Position numbers and translations under genes: made by a program. Below the pieces are notes generated by a model. It did not search any database and was not told the DNA's origin. It was given only the letters and a program-made list of their open reading frames with translations. Shown here piece after piece: positions 50,180 to 63,265 of a DNA stretch of 64,000 nt. The DNA is taken from assembly GCF_024521635.1 (NCBI RefSeq), contig NW_026250404.1, forward strand, positions 682,001-746,000. Reading direction: 5' to 3'. This DNA comes from Tricharina praecox (lineage: Eukaryota). Numbering within the stretch: position 1 is the stretch's first letter; every line of letters begins with the position of its first letter.

Positions 50180-53100
50180 GTCGTAACGATACGCTCAAAT
50201 TATTTGCTTCCGCTGTCCAGATACACCATCAGCATAGTCACCGGAAGGCCGCGCAACCTTTCGCGTGGTGGTATGAACCTATAGGGACCCTGGACACCCT
50301 AACGACCGAGTTCACGGTCGTAGGAGCAAGAAAGCGACCACGTACCAACGATCGGTTGGCCCAGTAAACGCCTCCCGCGCGGGATGTATCCGTGCAAGTG
50401 GCGCGAAGCAAGAAATATTTTGTAAATATTCTCGTTATTCGTTCCCTTCTCAATAATGTGTCGATAATATTCTTCCCGGATGTTCGTTCAACACTCTCAT
50501 TCCAACAACGTCTCTCAGCTGTAGCAGAAGAGAAGCTCCAACCGTTCTCCCTCGGCTGGGCAGATAGTAGATATGAAGATGTCAGTAATGCGCGGGTATG
50601 CCTTGTGGTATGTTTAGCGGCGGGCGATGATTGGGGCGGTGCGGTTGCTTTTGGGTGGTGGTGGTGATGGTGGGCTACCAATGCCTTCTAGTAGCCTTCT
50701 GGCAACGTTCAATTCTCCGAGCGCCTCGCTTGATTCTGCAGTCGCGCCTTTCTAAGACTGTGGAATGTAGACTTTACTAGAACTTGTTGTGCAGACGGTG
50801 ACTGCGGTTCTGGGATGTTTTGATGCGCGATGGCAGGGGACGACGGAAGACGAAAGGAAGGCGAGGCGGAATAGCGGGTGCAAGGGCGCAGTCAAATAAC
50901 AGGTCCTCGAGAGGTACAGGCGCGCAGTTTGTGTAATCACTTGCCGAACGATGCAGAAGCCGGTGGGGCACGAGTAGCACTTGGAGGTGTGAGGAAAGAA
51001 CGGATGACGAAGCGGCGTCGATTGAGTCGTCACTTTATGACAGTCGTTCTGGAGTTCGGACTGCTGGTGAAGGGAGGGGGAGTTCTGAGGGCGGCGATAG
51101 CGATCGTGCGATAGGGACCGACAGGTTGATGGCAAGATCAACTGTGGGAAAGAAGCCAAGGAGTGATGATGGGTAGTATTGCTGACTTCCCCGGGATCTC
51201 TGAGAGCTCGATGCGCCCCGTGGGTATTTTTGGCAGTTGGTGGTGGAGAGTGGGAGGGGGTTTCGGTCGCCGTAGACAGGGCCGAATGCGGGACCTGAGA
51301 TGGATGAGGGGAGGGGCTGATTCTTTCCCCATATTGCCTGCCACACAGAGCGACCAGTGATGAGTAACGACGACACGTCTGCGATATTGCCATTTCTAGA
51401 ACTATTAACTGCTGATTTCCGCACGCGAAGGGGAGTATTAAGGGAGACAGAGAGAAACAACCTTCTGTAGAGCCTTGTCGCGACACATGATACGAAGGTC
51501 CGTCGTTCTCGCAGGGCAGAGTTCTCTGCAGTCTGCGGAGTTTTGACTCTGCCACTCCCCGGATCCCTATTCCTGCCCTGGTTCCTCGTATGAAGTCCTA
51601 ACTTTCTGGATACCCTCGCTTTCCATGGATCTCTTTTTGTAAGGCGGTTCTTGGTTATTTACCCACGAGCTACTGCTAGTAACTAGTAGATGCTACCGTA
51701 GTCGTTACCGGTGGACGAAGTCCCCACAGTCACCGTGCCGTTCCGTTCGCATGTTTCAACTTTGGACTGGACCATCGTCGCCAGTTGCCTGGAGTCTATG
51801 AAGCCAAAGGACAGCGCGGCTCGTCGATTTTACCTAACTCGGAACCAAAACTTAAGAACGAATTCCGGAGTAGCATACCTATGCAAGTCCATCGTCCACT
51901 CTCGTCAGTCCCTCGGTCCACCGGGAGTAGCGCATGTGGGAAATGTTCTACGTAGAGGAAGTAAGCCCAGTAAGGTGACAGGATCAGGATGCCTAAGCGA
52001 CCATGGCCAATCTCCAATCGTGTGATGCATAGAGTGCGAGTGTGTAGCACTTGCCGGTCCGTGTGAGAGGGTGAATGGATAAGGGTGGCGCCTCGTCTGG
52101 AGAACTGGCCGAGTGCGCCTATCAAGGAGGCAGTGCTGTTAACCATAACAGGTAAGCTTTCTAGATGACGGTGGCAATGAAGAAGAGTGGAGTATGTGTG
52201 GTTGTGGGAGTTTCTTCTTTGAGGGGCTTTCGAACGAGTTTGAACGTTGACCAAAAGCCACGGTCGATCACTCGCCGTGCTCACAAATCATGAGGAAGGG
52301 CTGCGCATGCCCTTCTTCTCCGGTGGATACTCTCTCCAAGACGGAAGCCGAAGTGGGCGCCGGTTATGGCATGTTGCACCGCGGGTTTTCTAGTAAGAAA
52401 ACGAACATCCTCATAGGGATGATGACACTAAAGTTGATCGAGACTCAAGATTGTTGCAGGCAATTCACGCATTACGCACTCTCCACTAGAGTCATGGTGG
52501 GCATTGAGAATGCGCGTGCTGACTCCGTCTCAGCTCTCCACAGCGACGTGTCCAGGTGATAGCACTTCTCTTCGAGCTCGGCTTTCAGTTTCCGAGTAAT
52601 TGTTCTAGATTCGACACAAGCTTGCCAAATCTGTCCGTAGCTGTTAGATATAGGAAAATATTTTTTGGAGGGGAGTGAGAAGGAGAGTGGACCAGCTTGG
52701 AATGACAGCCACAAAATAGAGAAGCATTGCAAAGTCGTGAGCCAGGAAATTCTCCATATTGATTCTGTGCGTAAAGTATCCCCGTGTTGATGCTCGTGGT
52801 GTCCCGTGGGGCCGATAGCGCGAAAGCAATCGCGGTTGCCCTGGCAACGCCTCCGTTGCTGTAAACAAGTAGTCGGGAAATGGCCCAACTCCTCGCCCTC
52901 ATCCCTCCCCCATCGCTGTTGTTGTTGTCTTCTTCGTAAACACAAGCAAAAAACGACAACCTCGACAACAACCACCACCACCACCACCATATCGACTACC
53001 TAATCCTCACTAACATACCACCACCACCGCAGCCACCACCACCACCACCTCCGATACCCCGGAATATCTGTGCTTGTCCATGCACAGACCATAGTAATTA

Positions 53101-53252
53101 CCGTAGCGGACACATTCACTCACCGACACATGCACTCTTCGAAGCAGAAATAATAGCCAACAAACCCCTCCCGGTGGTCGATCGACATCAAAGACAGCGA
53201 ACCGACAAAAACACCCAACCTACACAGCACCCATACAACGCCCACATACACA

Positions 53253-55898
53253 ATGGAATCCGAAATTACATCTAATCAATCGCCTCTTGCTGGCCTCTAT
53301 CGATCCACTCGCCAGCGACGCTCGAGTCCTCTCGCCGCAACGCGTTCACGTCGTGGGTCGCCGCTCTCTTACACTGCGCCCGACCCTCCATTTCCTCCTC
53401 CTCCTGCCCGAAATCCTCTCACTACATCGTACGATAAGTTTGACGACTCTGATGACGAGGGTAAGGCTCCCCAATTGAGTGCTCTGGCTCGGATGCTTCT
53501 GGACGAATTCCCGGAACCGGGATTATCGGAGACAAAGAAGGAAGAAGAATATGAGAAAGAAAAGCAGGAAAAGGCAGACGAAGGACTTCGCCGGTCGCCA
53601 TTATCTCGCTACTCAATTTCTCGTAAGAGAATAACATGGAGTCAATCCCCCGACCCCGAGGAACGCTCCGGCTCTGCAACTCGTACGGGTTCGTCGCAGG
53701 GCTCGTCACGGCGCTTCGGCACATCGCGAGACGGCAGTCCTGATCGGCCAACTGGACAGGAATTCGTCACGCCGGCGGCAGTTCCTCGGTATAGTCGACG
53801 GGCATACAGTAGTGGGCAGTACTCAAGGGCGGAAGGACCTGGATCTGCTGGCGACATAGCAGCACATGAAGATCAGCCAGAGACTCGACATCACCCCAAT
53901 GGGTACGCTACTGCCGTTCGCCCGGGGCCTGGAACTGTTGGTGGACTCCCACCCTCGACAACCGCATCTGCTATGCGATGGAAGAGAGCAGGAAGGGGGT
54001 TGCTTGGACCTGTTGGTGGAGCTCCTAGGCGGGGACCTAGGAGAGAGAGCGACCCCTCGGATGTGGACGAAGAGAGAAGGGACAATGAGGGTATTCCTGA
54101 GAGGAACTCAAGCTCGCCGGAGGAAGTAGGAGGCCGTGAATCGAACAATGGAGTTATGTCCCATTCACGAATGGGTTCCGCTTCCCCTACTTCCGGCGGG
54201 GAAAAAGAAACGAGCTATGACCCTGAGCCGATACCCACTATCTCGAGACGCCCTCGGAGAGCATCACCGGAGAGTCTCTCGGGCCAATATCAGATGAACG
54301 TCTACCACTCGGCATCACCGGAGGTCGACATTGGCCACTCGGCTGATAATGCTGGCTCAGCTTCGCCCGTGTCGGCAATGTCGAGAGCTGCTGCCACTAT
54401 TGCCACTACTCCTGCTCCTGCGCTTGCACCTCAAACAAAGTCGGACAAAGAGAATATGCCACCGCCAGCGTTTCGTCGACCTGCTGTAGCTGCGTCTTCG
54501 TACAAGCGACTGGATAACACCCTGGAGAAGCCGCCGCCGCCTGTATTCCAAGCTCCATCTGTACTGCCTCCTAAGATGGAACCACTGGCGCCGGCATCAC
54601 CGCCCCCGGAGAAGCGGGCATTGGCAGCAAAGACTAGCAACACCCCGTTGCGGCCCGTCCGCCAGGCTCCCCCGCCGCCGCCACCAAAGATGTCGATGCT
54701 AGAGGCTGTCACAGCTACAGCTGGAGCTGCGGCCACGAAAACGTCGCAGAACACACGGCGAAACAGGTCCACAGTGACGATCAATGGCAAGCCATATCGC
54801 CGACTAGATGCTATCGGCAAAGGAGGTTCCTGTAAAGTGTATAAGGTTATGGCCGAGAACCACAAGATGTTTGCTATGAAAAAGGTTACTTTCCACGAGC
54901 AGGACGGCCCAGCTGCAATCTTGGGATACAAAGGAGAAATCGATTTGTTGAAGAGGTTGAGTGGTGAGGAACGGGTGATCCGGTTGTACGATTTTGAGAT
55001 GAACGAGGAGAAACAAACCTTGACGATGGTAAATTGGCCCAATGCATCTTATTTTTAAGCCACGCTAACTGTATAACTATAGCTTATGGAATGCGGCGAG
55101 ACCGACTTTGCCAATATCCTCACATTGCGCCATGGTAACGAGGATTCCCAGCTTGACGTCAGTTTCGTCCGATATTACTGGCGTGAGATGCTTCAATGCG
55201 TTGACATTGTCCATCAATATAACGTTATCCACTCCGATCTCAAACCCGCCAACTTCCTCCTCGTCCGTGGCAAGCTGAAGTTGATCGACTTTGGCATCGC
55301 CAACGCGATTCAAGATGACACCGTCAATGTCCACCGCGAAAGCCAAGTCGGTACCCTAAACTACATGAGCCCCGAAGCAATCGTCGACATCAATGCCTCC
55401 TCCGGAAAGCCAATGGCCTCGGTCGGCCAACCCCGTCTCATGAAGCTCGGTGCTCCCAGCGATGTCTGGTCCCTCGGCTGCATCCTCTACCAGATGACAT
55501 ACGGCCGCACCCCATTCTACCACCTGACGTCGATGTACCAAAAAATCGCGGCTATCCCAGATCCTAATCATCCTATCGACTACCCCTCCACCGGTATTGG
55601 CGGCGTCAAGGTCCCTCGCTCCCTCATCAATACGATCAAGGGTTGCCTCGAAAGAGACAAGGAAAAGCGTCCGACAATCCGGCAATTACTCAGCGCCGAA
55701 GATCCTTTCCTGAATCCTGACAGCAAACCCGGCGTTGTTGAGATCACCGAGGATATGCTGCTGCAGCTGTTAGAGAATGCTGCCGACACGGTCGAAGCAA
55801 ACGGGAAACCCAGCACGTACACACTCCAAACTTGGGCGAAAGATGTGTTTGCCAAGCTAGAACGGAGGATGGATACACAACGGCCCGGATATCGGTAG
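53253..55898 (+). CDS. MPS1: Mps1/TTK spindle-checkpoint dual-specificity kinase
   Basis: Exons 53253-55028 and 55083-55898. Kinase motifs IGKGGSCKVYKV, GYKGEIDLLKRL, VRYYWREML, HSDLKPANFLLV, LKLIDFGIANAIQDDTVNVHRESQVGTLNYMSPEA are characteristic of Mps1. Confidence 0.95.
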
Positions 55899-56509
55899 TG
55901 GTACTTTTTTTGGATTTTGTTGATGCACGTGGTGATACCCAATGTTTCTCTTCTTCTCCCTCTTTGTTTATTATGGGATCCTTCTACTTTCCCTTTCCTT
56001 TCCTTACTACTTCGTTGTTATATCTTTTTGGGGGGACTGGTGCTTTTGGCGTGAGGGCTGCTTTTTGGGTGTTTTTCTTTTTCTGGCCAACATACTCACT
56101 TTGTATTCGTCTTTGGAGACCGATTTTGCCGTTTTTTTCGTGGTCTCGGCTTTTTACCCTTCACTTTTCAGACCAAATACCAACTCAACACTGGATATGC
56201 GCCCGACACTAACGCGGGTTGCTGTGGTTTCCTTTCTTCTTTTTTAGCGGTATTTATCATTATATGGGGGATGGATTATGGCGGGAATGAATGGGAATGA
56301 ATGATTGTGAGAGTTTCTTCTCGAGTTTTGATGATGGCACGTAATATGATATGGAAACATGTCTTTCTTTGCAATGAACTATAGATGAAAACAAAAAACA
56401 AAACCCACAAACTCCAGCGTTTTATTTTTATATAGCCCGTCAAGTGAACGGACAGTGCCAGCTGAGCAAAACGAACGAACAAGTGCTGAAAACGGAAATC
56501 GAAGAGATA

Positions 56510-57452
56510 TCAAACGAGCAAGACCCTATTCGCCGATTAGTCTGGATGGGAGAAGAGGGAGAAGAAAGACTCACGCATTGACGCAACCATCGTTCTCGGT
56601 ATTATTCGTAATCTGCGCCCACCTTCCCCAGACGACCTTTCCACCAGCCGTGACCATTCCCAACTCGCTGACGTTCACCTCGATGATAGTACCCTTCGTG
56701 AGCACACCAAGCGCGGTGTACATCGGGCTCTGAGGGTTCTTCTTAACGCTCAAAATCGGCAGCTGAACGGTCACGCCCAACTCAGGGTGAGTGACATTCG
56801 CCTTCTTGTAACGCATTCCCATGGGCCGAATGAAGCGCTCGTACTTGACTGGCCGTCTGGTGAAATCCGGTCCGACGAACGTCGGCTTGGTGATCATCCT
56901 CTTCCACCCCTTCTGCTTCGTCTTCGCACCAGTCTTGACCACCTTGAACATCTCATCCTCGGCGATTCCCTTCACCCTTGGCAGGGGCACCGAGAACTTT
57001 GCCGCCTTCTCCTGTCGCTTCTGCTTGATCGCGGTACTGAGCGCCTTTGCGGTGTTTGGCTGCTCACGGTCGAGCAAGTAGGCGGGCAGCGGCTGCGAAG
57101 AGGGCTCTGAGGGTGCAGAGGACTTGATCGACTTCTGCTCGTGCGCCTTGAGCGTCTTCCGCAGCTGGATCTTCTCGGCGTGCCGCTTCTTGGCGTACAG
57201 CTTCGCCCGCAGACCGTGCAGTTTCTGCGCATCCTTCGACTGCTTGTGGGCTTCACGCGCGGTCTTCTTGCGCTTGCGCTCCTCGTGGTCGAGACTACAA
57301 GGTGGGGTTAGTGGTTGCTACGAATGTATGATGGTGCGGGGTGATGTTACCGGCGACCGTGCTGCTGCGTCCAGCGCTCGATGTACTCGTTCTGAGGCTG
57401 TGATGGAGGTCAGCATCTCTCCTCCTCCTTCGCCTTTCGGGCAGCATACCAT
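56510..57452 (-). CDS. NSA2: Ribosome biogenesis protein Nsa2, 4 exons
   Basis: ATG exon at 57452-57450, then 57397-57351 ([14 protein letters not shown]), 57294-56575 and 56525-56510 (VLLV*). Motifs [29 protein letters not shown] and [17 protein letters not shown]. Confidence 0.96.
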
Positions 57453-57687
57453 GATGAGCGAGTGTAGTGGGGAAGGGGTTGATGTGAGGAGGGTAGTGTT
57501 TAGTGGCGGGCAGACAGACAGTGGATGAGGCTTCTAACGAAACCACTTTTACACGAAAGTTTTGGGTTCTTCGTGTCTTGGCGCACTAGCGAACTAACGG
57601 ATTGAACCTCACCCACCCACCACCACACACACGAGCCAGCCTATGTAGGAGACTCCCCACCCCCACCACGCCTCGTCACGACACACA

Positions 57688-58278
57688 ATGCTCCAGCGAA
57701 TACTACGGCCCACACTCCTCGCAGCCGCCGGTCGTCGCGTGCTATCGCCGCTCTGGCCCGCCGTCGCCGCCCCCTTCAGCACCAGCACGGCGGTGCCCGA
57801 CCTCGCCCCCGCACCGGCTACCACCACCAGCACCGCAACTACGACCGCAACCCCCCCACCTCCGTCCGCGTCGCCGCCGTCGTCGAAGGCGGAGACACTC
57901 CGGCTCCTCCCGCTGCTGCGCGCGCAGCCGCAGCACTACATCACCATCCACATCCACTCGTTCCCGTTCCTGGTCACGTTGGGCGACACGATCACGCTTC
58001 CGTTCCGGCTGAAGAACATCATTCCGGGGCAGACGCTGCGGCTGACGCACGCGAGCATCCTCGGCTCGAGGGACTACACGCTCAAGGGCAGTCCGTGGAT
58101 CGACGAGAAGCTGTTTTCGTGCCGCGCGGCGGTCGTGGAGGAGACTAGGGAGCCCATGAGGGTCAAAAAGAAGACAAAGCGTAGACAGAGGAAGATCAAG
58201 ACGGTTAAGAGCAAACATCCGTACACGGTGTTGAGGATCAAGGAGCTGGAGGTTCTGGGTGGAGAGGAGGAGGCTTAG
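57688..58278 (+). CDS. MRPL49: Mitochondrial large-subunit ribosomal protein bL21m (MrpL49)
   Basis: Arg-rich presequence-like N-terminus. L21 domain HIHSFPFLVTLGD...LRLTHASILGSRDYTLKG.P...KKTKRRQRKIKTVKSKHPYTVLRIKEL. Confidence 0.9.
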   Translation: MLQRILRPTLLAAAGRRVLSPLWPAVAAPFSTSTAVPDLAPAPATTTSTATTTATPPPPSASPPSSKAETLRLLPLLRAQPQHYITIHIHSFPFLVTLGDTITLPFRLKNIIPGQTLRLTHASILGSRDYTLKGSPWIDEKLFSCRAAVVEETREPMRVKKKTKRRQRKIKTVKSKHPYTVLRIKELEVLGGEEEA

Positions 58279-58926
58279 GGAGAGATCGGGCAATGTATCA
58301 TACTAGACGGGCTGGGGTATGGGGAATACGTCTGACTGCTTGTATATTACCATTGAGTTCCGACGGAGACAATGGGAAGACATCAAAGATCGTCGGCGAG
58401 TGACACGATATGCCCGCATACTTGCCCGCCTTCTCTCATTCACTACATCCAACACCACCGACGATTACAGCACGAGGGTCAACCGCAACTTATCAGTTGT
58501 CCATCCATTTGATTCATCCGCAGGATCCCGCTCCGTCTCGCAACGTCATCATCATTAATTGACACAGGTACTCTCAACCATCCGAGCTAAAAAATAAACA
58601 CCCATCAATAATCAATCAATTCGACGGCACGAAGAGCGTGTATTTCAATTCCACATTCATGAGAACAAGAAACAGACAATAATCCACTCCAGAACAAGAC
58701 AGACAGACAAGGAACCCAATCCCTTCCCACCAAAAGGATTCAACCGCCACCATCCACGCAAACCCTGGAAGCAAAAAGCGAATACAACGTATCCCCACCC
58801 CGCAACTGTCCTGGAATACTACTAGAAAAATGGTCTGTAACGCGCGAGACGAGAGAGAAAGAGAGAGAGAAAGACAGAAGACAGAAACCCCATGCCACAT
58901 TGAAATGCTGTTCCGAGACTTTCAAT

Positions 58927-60916
58927 CTACAATGCAGAAAACACAAACAGCTATACCGGAAAATTAGCACTAATCGAGACAATAGCTTAAGGGGAAGGGA
59001 CTCACATTATTCGTCGCTGCAATGGCAATAGAATCTTCGAAGGGATGCCAGCTCATATGCAATATTTTCTTATTGAAATCAATCTGGTCCGCGTCCGTCT
59101 CCTTCCGCATGCGCGCACCAGGTCCTCCAGCCGCGGGCGATCCAGCCCTACTGCCCTGCTGCTTCCTGCCGTTGATGGGCGTTGGCACACCTACCTTTTT
59201 GGCCTTGAAAGCGCTCTTGTCCGCCTGCAAAACGACTTCGATCTCCTTGTCGGGTTCCGAGGGGTAGATCATAAAGTTGTTGTTGTAGGACCCAGTCATA
59301 ACGTTCTGTCCATCACCAGAGAACACAACCTCGAACTTGTCGAAGATCGAGTCATTCTCGTATGTGTCACAGAGGCGTGGCCGGAGGTGCTCGTGCACGG
59401 GGATCGTCTTGATAGGCTTGTTCTCCATGTTGATATCCCAGATTTTGACTGTAAGGTAATCGCGCGACAGGATGTAGCGACCGTCGTAGGAGAACCGCAC
59501 GTCCGAGATAGACGAGATAATCTCGGAGAAGAATGACCTTGAGGATGGGTCTTCCTCCTGCTCGAACACTATTCATTTCATTTTGTCAGTCTACGGTCTT
59601 ATAGGTGCGCGACAATCAGATCATCTATACATACGCTTGGCGTGCTGATCACACAAGGCGCTCTCTCTCATGTCTGCAAGCTTGATTGTGCCCTTGCTAC
59701 TGGCATACATGAACCAATTGCAGCTCTGGGGATGGAACTCGGCGGCCGTGATGACTTCCGTAAGCTCCTCCATGTTGGCTGGCTTGATGTCGACAATGTT
59801 GAAGCTCTGGTCCTGAATGTTCAGGTTCCACAAGTTGATTCTGAGGTCGTCGCTAGAAATAAAGGTCTCTCCGTCCGAGTTCACAGATATGCTGTTGATA
59901 TGGTATGCATGAGCATTGGCATAGGTCCTCCTAGGAACCGCAGCAACAACTGTATCGTGGTGGGTAAGACGGGGCAGTCTGAGCGAGGATGGACTGGTGA
60001 ACTGCGGAGGTGGCTGCTGTGGATGCCGTAGTCCTCCCATGCCCGGTGTAGCTCCATCGTGCGATAGGTTGTTCTCGGCCACAACCTTGAGCGACTTCTC
60101 AAACACTTTCCATAGCTTGATCGTCTTGTCGTTCGTGGAGAGAAGGAAATGCGAGGCGTTTTGTCGCTTGCACCATTTGATCTTGTTGATCTTCTCCTCG
60201 ATCTCCAATGACTTCAGGTAATCGAATTCTGGCTCGTGCGATTGGAACTCGGTGTGGAATTTGTACTCGCAGGTTTTCTTCTATGGATTTTGTAGATAGG
60301 TCGTCGGTCAGCCGCCTGTCCGCTCTCTCCGGATATCGAATTTTGATATCTAACCCAATGCACCGCCGGGTCGTGAGGTATGACTGGTGTCCACTTACTG
60401 TTTCATTGCGCTCGAACAAAACAACACGTCCACCCTTATCTCCCGTCGCCAGGTAATTTCCGGTGTGGTCAAACTCGACCGTCGATATGATGTCAGCTGT
60501 GAGACATGGTCCGTCAGTTTACCACTATTGAAGCAGGATGCTGCTTCCCACAGATTTCCCGAGTCTCTTTCTCCTTCCATCGTTCATCACGTACCTTCTG
60601 TGATGTCTTCTACATCACCCTTATCACCGAAGCACCTGTAGTTCAATCAAGCTCAGCTGATTATTCAATGCAAAAGAAGCAGCGACGAGCGGTCTCGTCG
60701 GGGATGACGGAGGCGGTGGAAGTGGGTTGCCAAGTGGGGGGGGGGGGGGGTCCGCTCCTCTCCAATCCCGGCAGCCACCAAACCCAAAATAGCATCCATA
60801 CATGCGGGGAGATCGAGACTCAAAGAGCCTCCATGAGGGAGGAAGGAAGAAGGAGGGGAGATGGCAACGTACTGTGTGAATTTCCAGGTGGGCGACGCAG
60901 TTTCGCCGTCGACCAT
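58927..60916 (-). CDS. CDC55: PP2A regulatory subunit B55/PR55
   Basis: Multi-exon gene: [58 protein letters not shown]..., [63 protein letters not shown]...ATNN|LFVFSAL* (stop at 58927-58929). Confidence 0.97.
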
Positions 60917-62482
60917 GGTTGCTGCTGGAAATTTGGAGTAGCGCTGGAGATGGATGCGGATTCGGAAGTGGATGTGAGCGTTGCGGTGATGATGATAGCA
61001 ACCAGCAGGAACGCAGCGAGGAGGAACGACGGAGTTTCACGGGCGAGGGAGGTTTTGGTTGGCAGTGCTGGCCTGCGCTGTTGAAAGTGGGTGGGGTGAT
61101 AGGGAATCGACAGTTGTCTAGATGCAACGATATCGAGCGGTCGCTGTTGGGGAGGGGGGTGGTGTGTTGGAGGGGGGGTGGTGGTAGATGTGCGGGGTGT
61201 GCGGGGCGGGTGGATGGATAGGGCGGGCGGGCAGACAGACAGGGTGCAAGATTGCTTGAAACAAAAATGTCGGGTCGGAGGGTAGGAGGTATTAGGGAAG
61301 TATTTGCGGTGTGTGGGATGATAGCTTTGAGGTTGATGTTGTTTGATGGAGAAGCAATGCGGGATGTGTTGCGTGGATGGTGATGTGGTTGGCGGTGGTA
61401 GCAGCAGTGGAAGGGTGTTTGGGGCGGTGGGAGGGGGTGGCACAAAGAAGTGGGTAGTTCAGAAGAGCTAGCTGGACGGGGTGAGCGCGCGATCGAAGCA
61501 CAACACCACAACAGCACGAAACCTCGTGGTTAGGTGCGTTGCTCTAGGTAAACACCTTTCTATGGGAGGCTCGTTCGTTCTCTCCAATACCGAAGACCGC
61601 GATAAATGGATATCGAGAGCGAGAGGAGGCTGAGGATTTACACTGCAGAGATACTTCACCACGATGCACTTTGCTCTAGTGTGCTCAATACATCTTTACT
61701 GCACGCAATACACCGGTAATAACGTAACGGCCCAGGTACATACGAGATGTACCCCTTCAGCCGCTGCCGCTGGGGAGAGAGATCTATAACCACAAGCTTT
61801 GAAGTCCCACTCGAAGCGACTCTGGGACATCACGCTAAACTCATCGAAACAACGGAGCTTGCAAGATACCTATGGTCTGTTGGGGAATGGCGGTGGAGCA
61901 ACCAATGGCTTCGGCTGTTGTGTTTGATGCTGGTTAGAGGGAGTGTTGACCACTTGACCGTGGCCGTCATGCGGTCCACCCATCCACGGAGACACTACCC
62001 TATCGTCATTACACTTCGATCTGACCGGCAGTTGTGGTAGAGCAGAGGCTCCCGCTGAGTTCGTTAGTTAATCGGGATATGTGTCCGCTAGAATGATCAG
62101 GACGGACTATTCTCGTCATGACGTATGATATTTTTGTCTCCAACTCAAACACCCACGCGCGCAGGCGGCAAAATCGTAGGTCCTTTTACGCGCCTAGCGC
62201 GAGGAGCAAGGAGGAGGAAACGGATGGTGCACGCTTACCGTCACAGCTGTTTCTGTTGCTTCCGAATTGCGTTTGAAGCTGGGCCGGGAAGCACGTGTCC
62301 AACCCAGTCAGGCGAGGCGAGGCGGCAACGCTCGGCCATTCCTCTCTCCCGAAGAACCCAACACAGCACTCATACATATTCAAACCACACAGCTATGCTC
62401 ATGCTCACCAGCACTACCTCAACCTGACACCACGCGCACACCCACAGACACACAGACACACAGACACACGGACACACGCACC

Positions 62483-63265
62483 ATGTCGGACGCGTCAAAT
62501 TCCAAGTCCAAGTCCAAGCAACCGCAACCACAGCTCGACGACGAAGAAAAGAGCATACTCTCCGCCGTCACAAGCTCAGCCGCCGGGCTACTGAGCTCCA
62601 TAACGCGGGCACCACCATCATCCGTCGCCTCCGCACTCGACTCGGCATCGTCGTCGAAATCGCACGGTGGCTCGTCGTCCCGCGCAGTCGCGGGTTCAAG
62701 TTCGTCGTGGTCCGAGACAGTTGCCGGTCCCGGTCCTGGGCGGATCGACGACCGGAGCTATAACGGACAGGGCTACGGCGATCTCCGCGGCTCGGGATCG
62801 GATGCGCACATGGCGTTTGCGGCAGCGGAGGAGGACTATAGGTATTTCGCCGCGGGCGGCGGCGGCAGCGAGGGTGGTGGTGCGTTCCACACTTCGGGGT
62901 CGAGGTCGGCGGCACATCCGCAACCACAATACCATCCCCAACCGGACGACGGAGCGGATGTGGTGGCGCTCCTCTCCTTCCCGTTGTCCACCTCCGAGAT
63001 CTACACCGACGACCTCCTCGAGACAGTGGACATCAGACACCCAGTCGTGGCGGCATTCGTGGAGTGTCAAGATCCTGTCGAATTCCTTGTTACGCGGCCG
63101 GAGTGGAGTAATTATACCGACAGTGTGTGGGGCGATCTACTTGACGTGTTGAGAGATGCAAAGAAAGAAATAGAGGTTGATGAGGGGAAGGGGAAGGAGG
63201 AAGAGGATGGGAGGGCGGTTGAGAGGTTGAAGCAGATCTGGGGGCAGTTGAGGGCAAAGCTGTAG
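62483..63265 (+). CDS. Hypothetical fungal protein with a helical C-terminal region and terminal AKL
   Basis: ATG at 62483 in good context (CACCATG); 260 aa. C-terminus YTDSVWGDLLDVLRDAKKEIE...AVERLKQIWGQLRAKL*. Confidence 0.75.
   Translation: MSDASNSKSKSKQPQPQLDDEEKSILSAVTSSAAGLLSSITRAPPSSVASALDSASSSKSHGGSSSRAVAGSSSSWSETVAGPGPGRIDDRSYNGQGYGDLRGSGSDAHMAFAAAEEDYRYFAAGGGGSEGGGAFHTSGSRSAAHPQPQYHPQPDDGADVVALLSFPLSTSEIYTDDLLETVDIRHPVVAAFVECQDPVEFLVTRPEWSNYTDSVWGDLLDVLRDAKKEIEVDEGKGKEEEDGRAVERLKQIWGQLRAKL

Noticed and set aside
50752..51555. 267-aa ORF upstream of ZF3
   Set aside because: Non-ATG start, no recognisable domain or coding-like composition; probably promoter or leader.
60624..61517. 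297-aa and 207-aa minus-strand ORFs overlapping the CDC55 start
   Set aside because: C-rich 5' leader plus first intron; the real exon 1 is the short [15 protein letters not shown].
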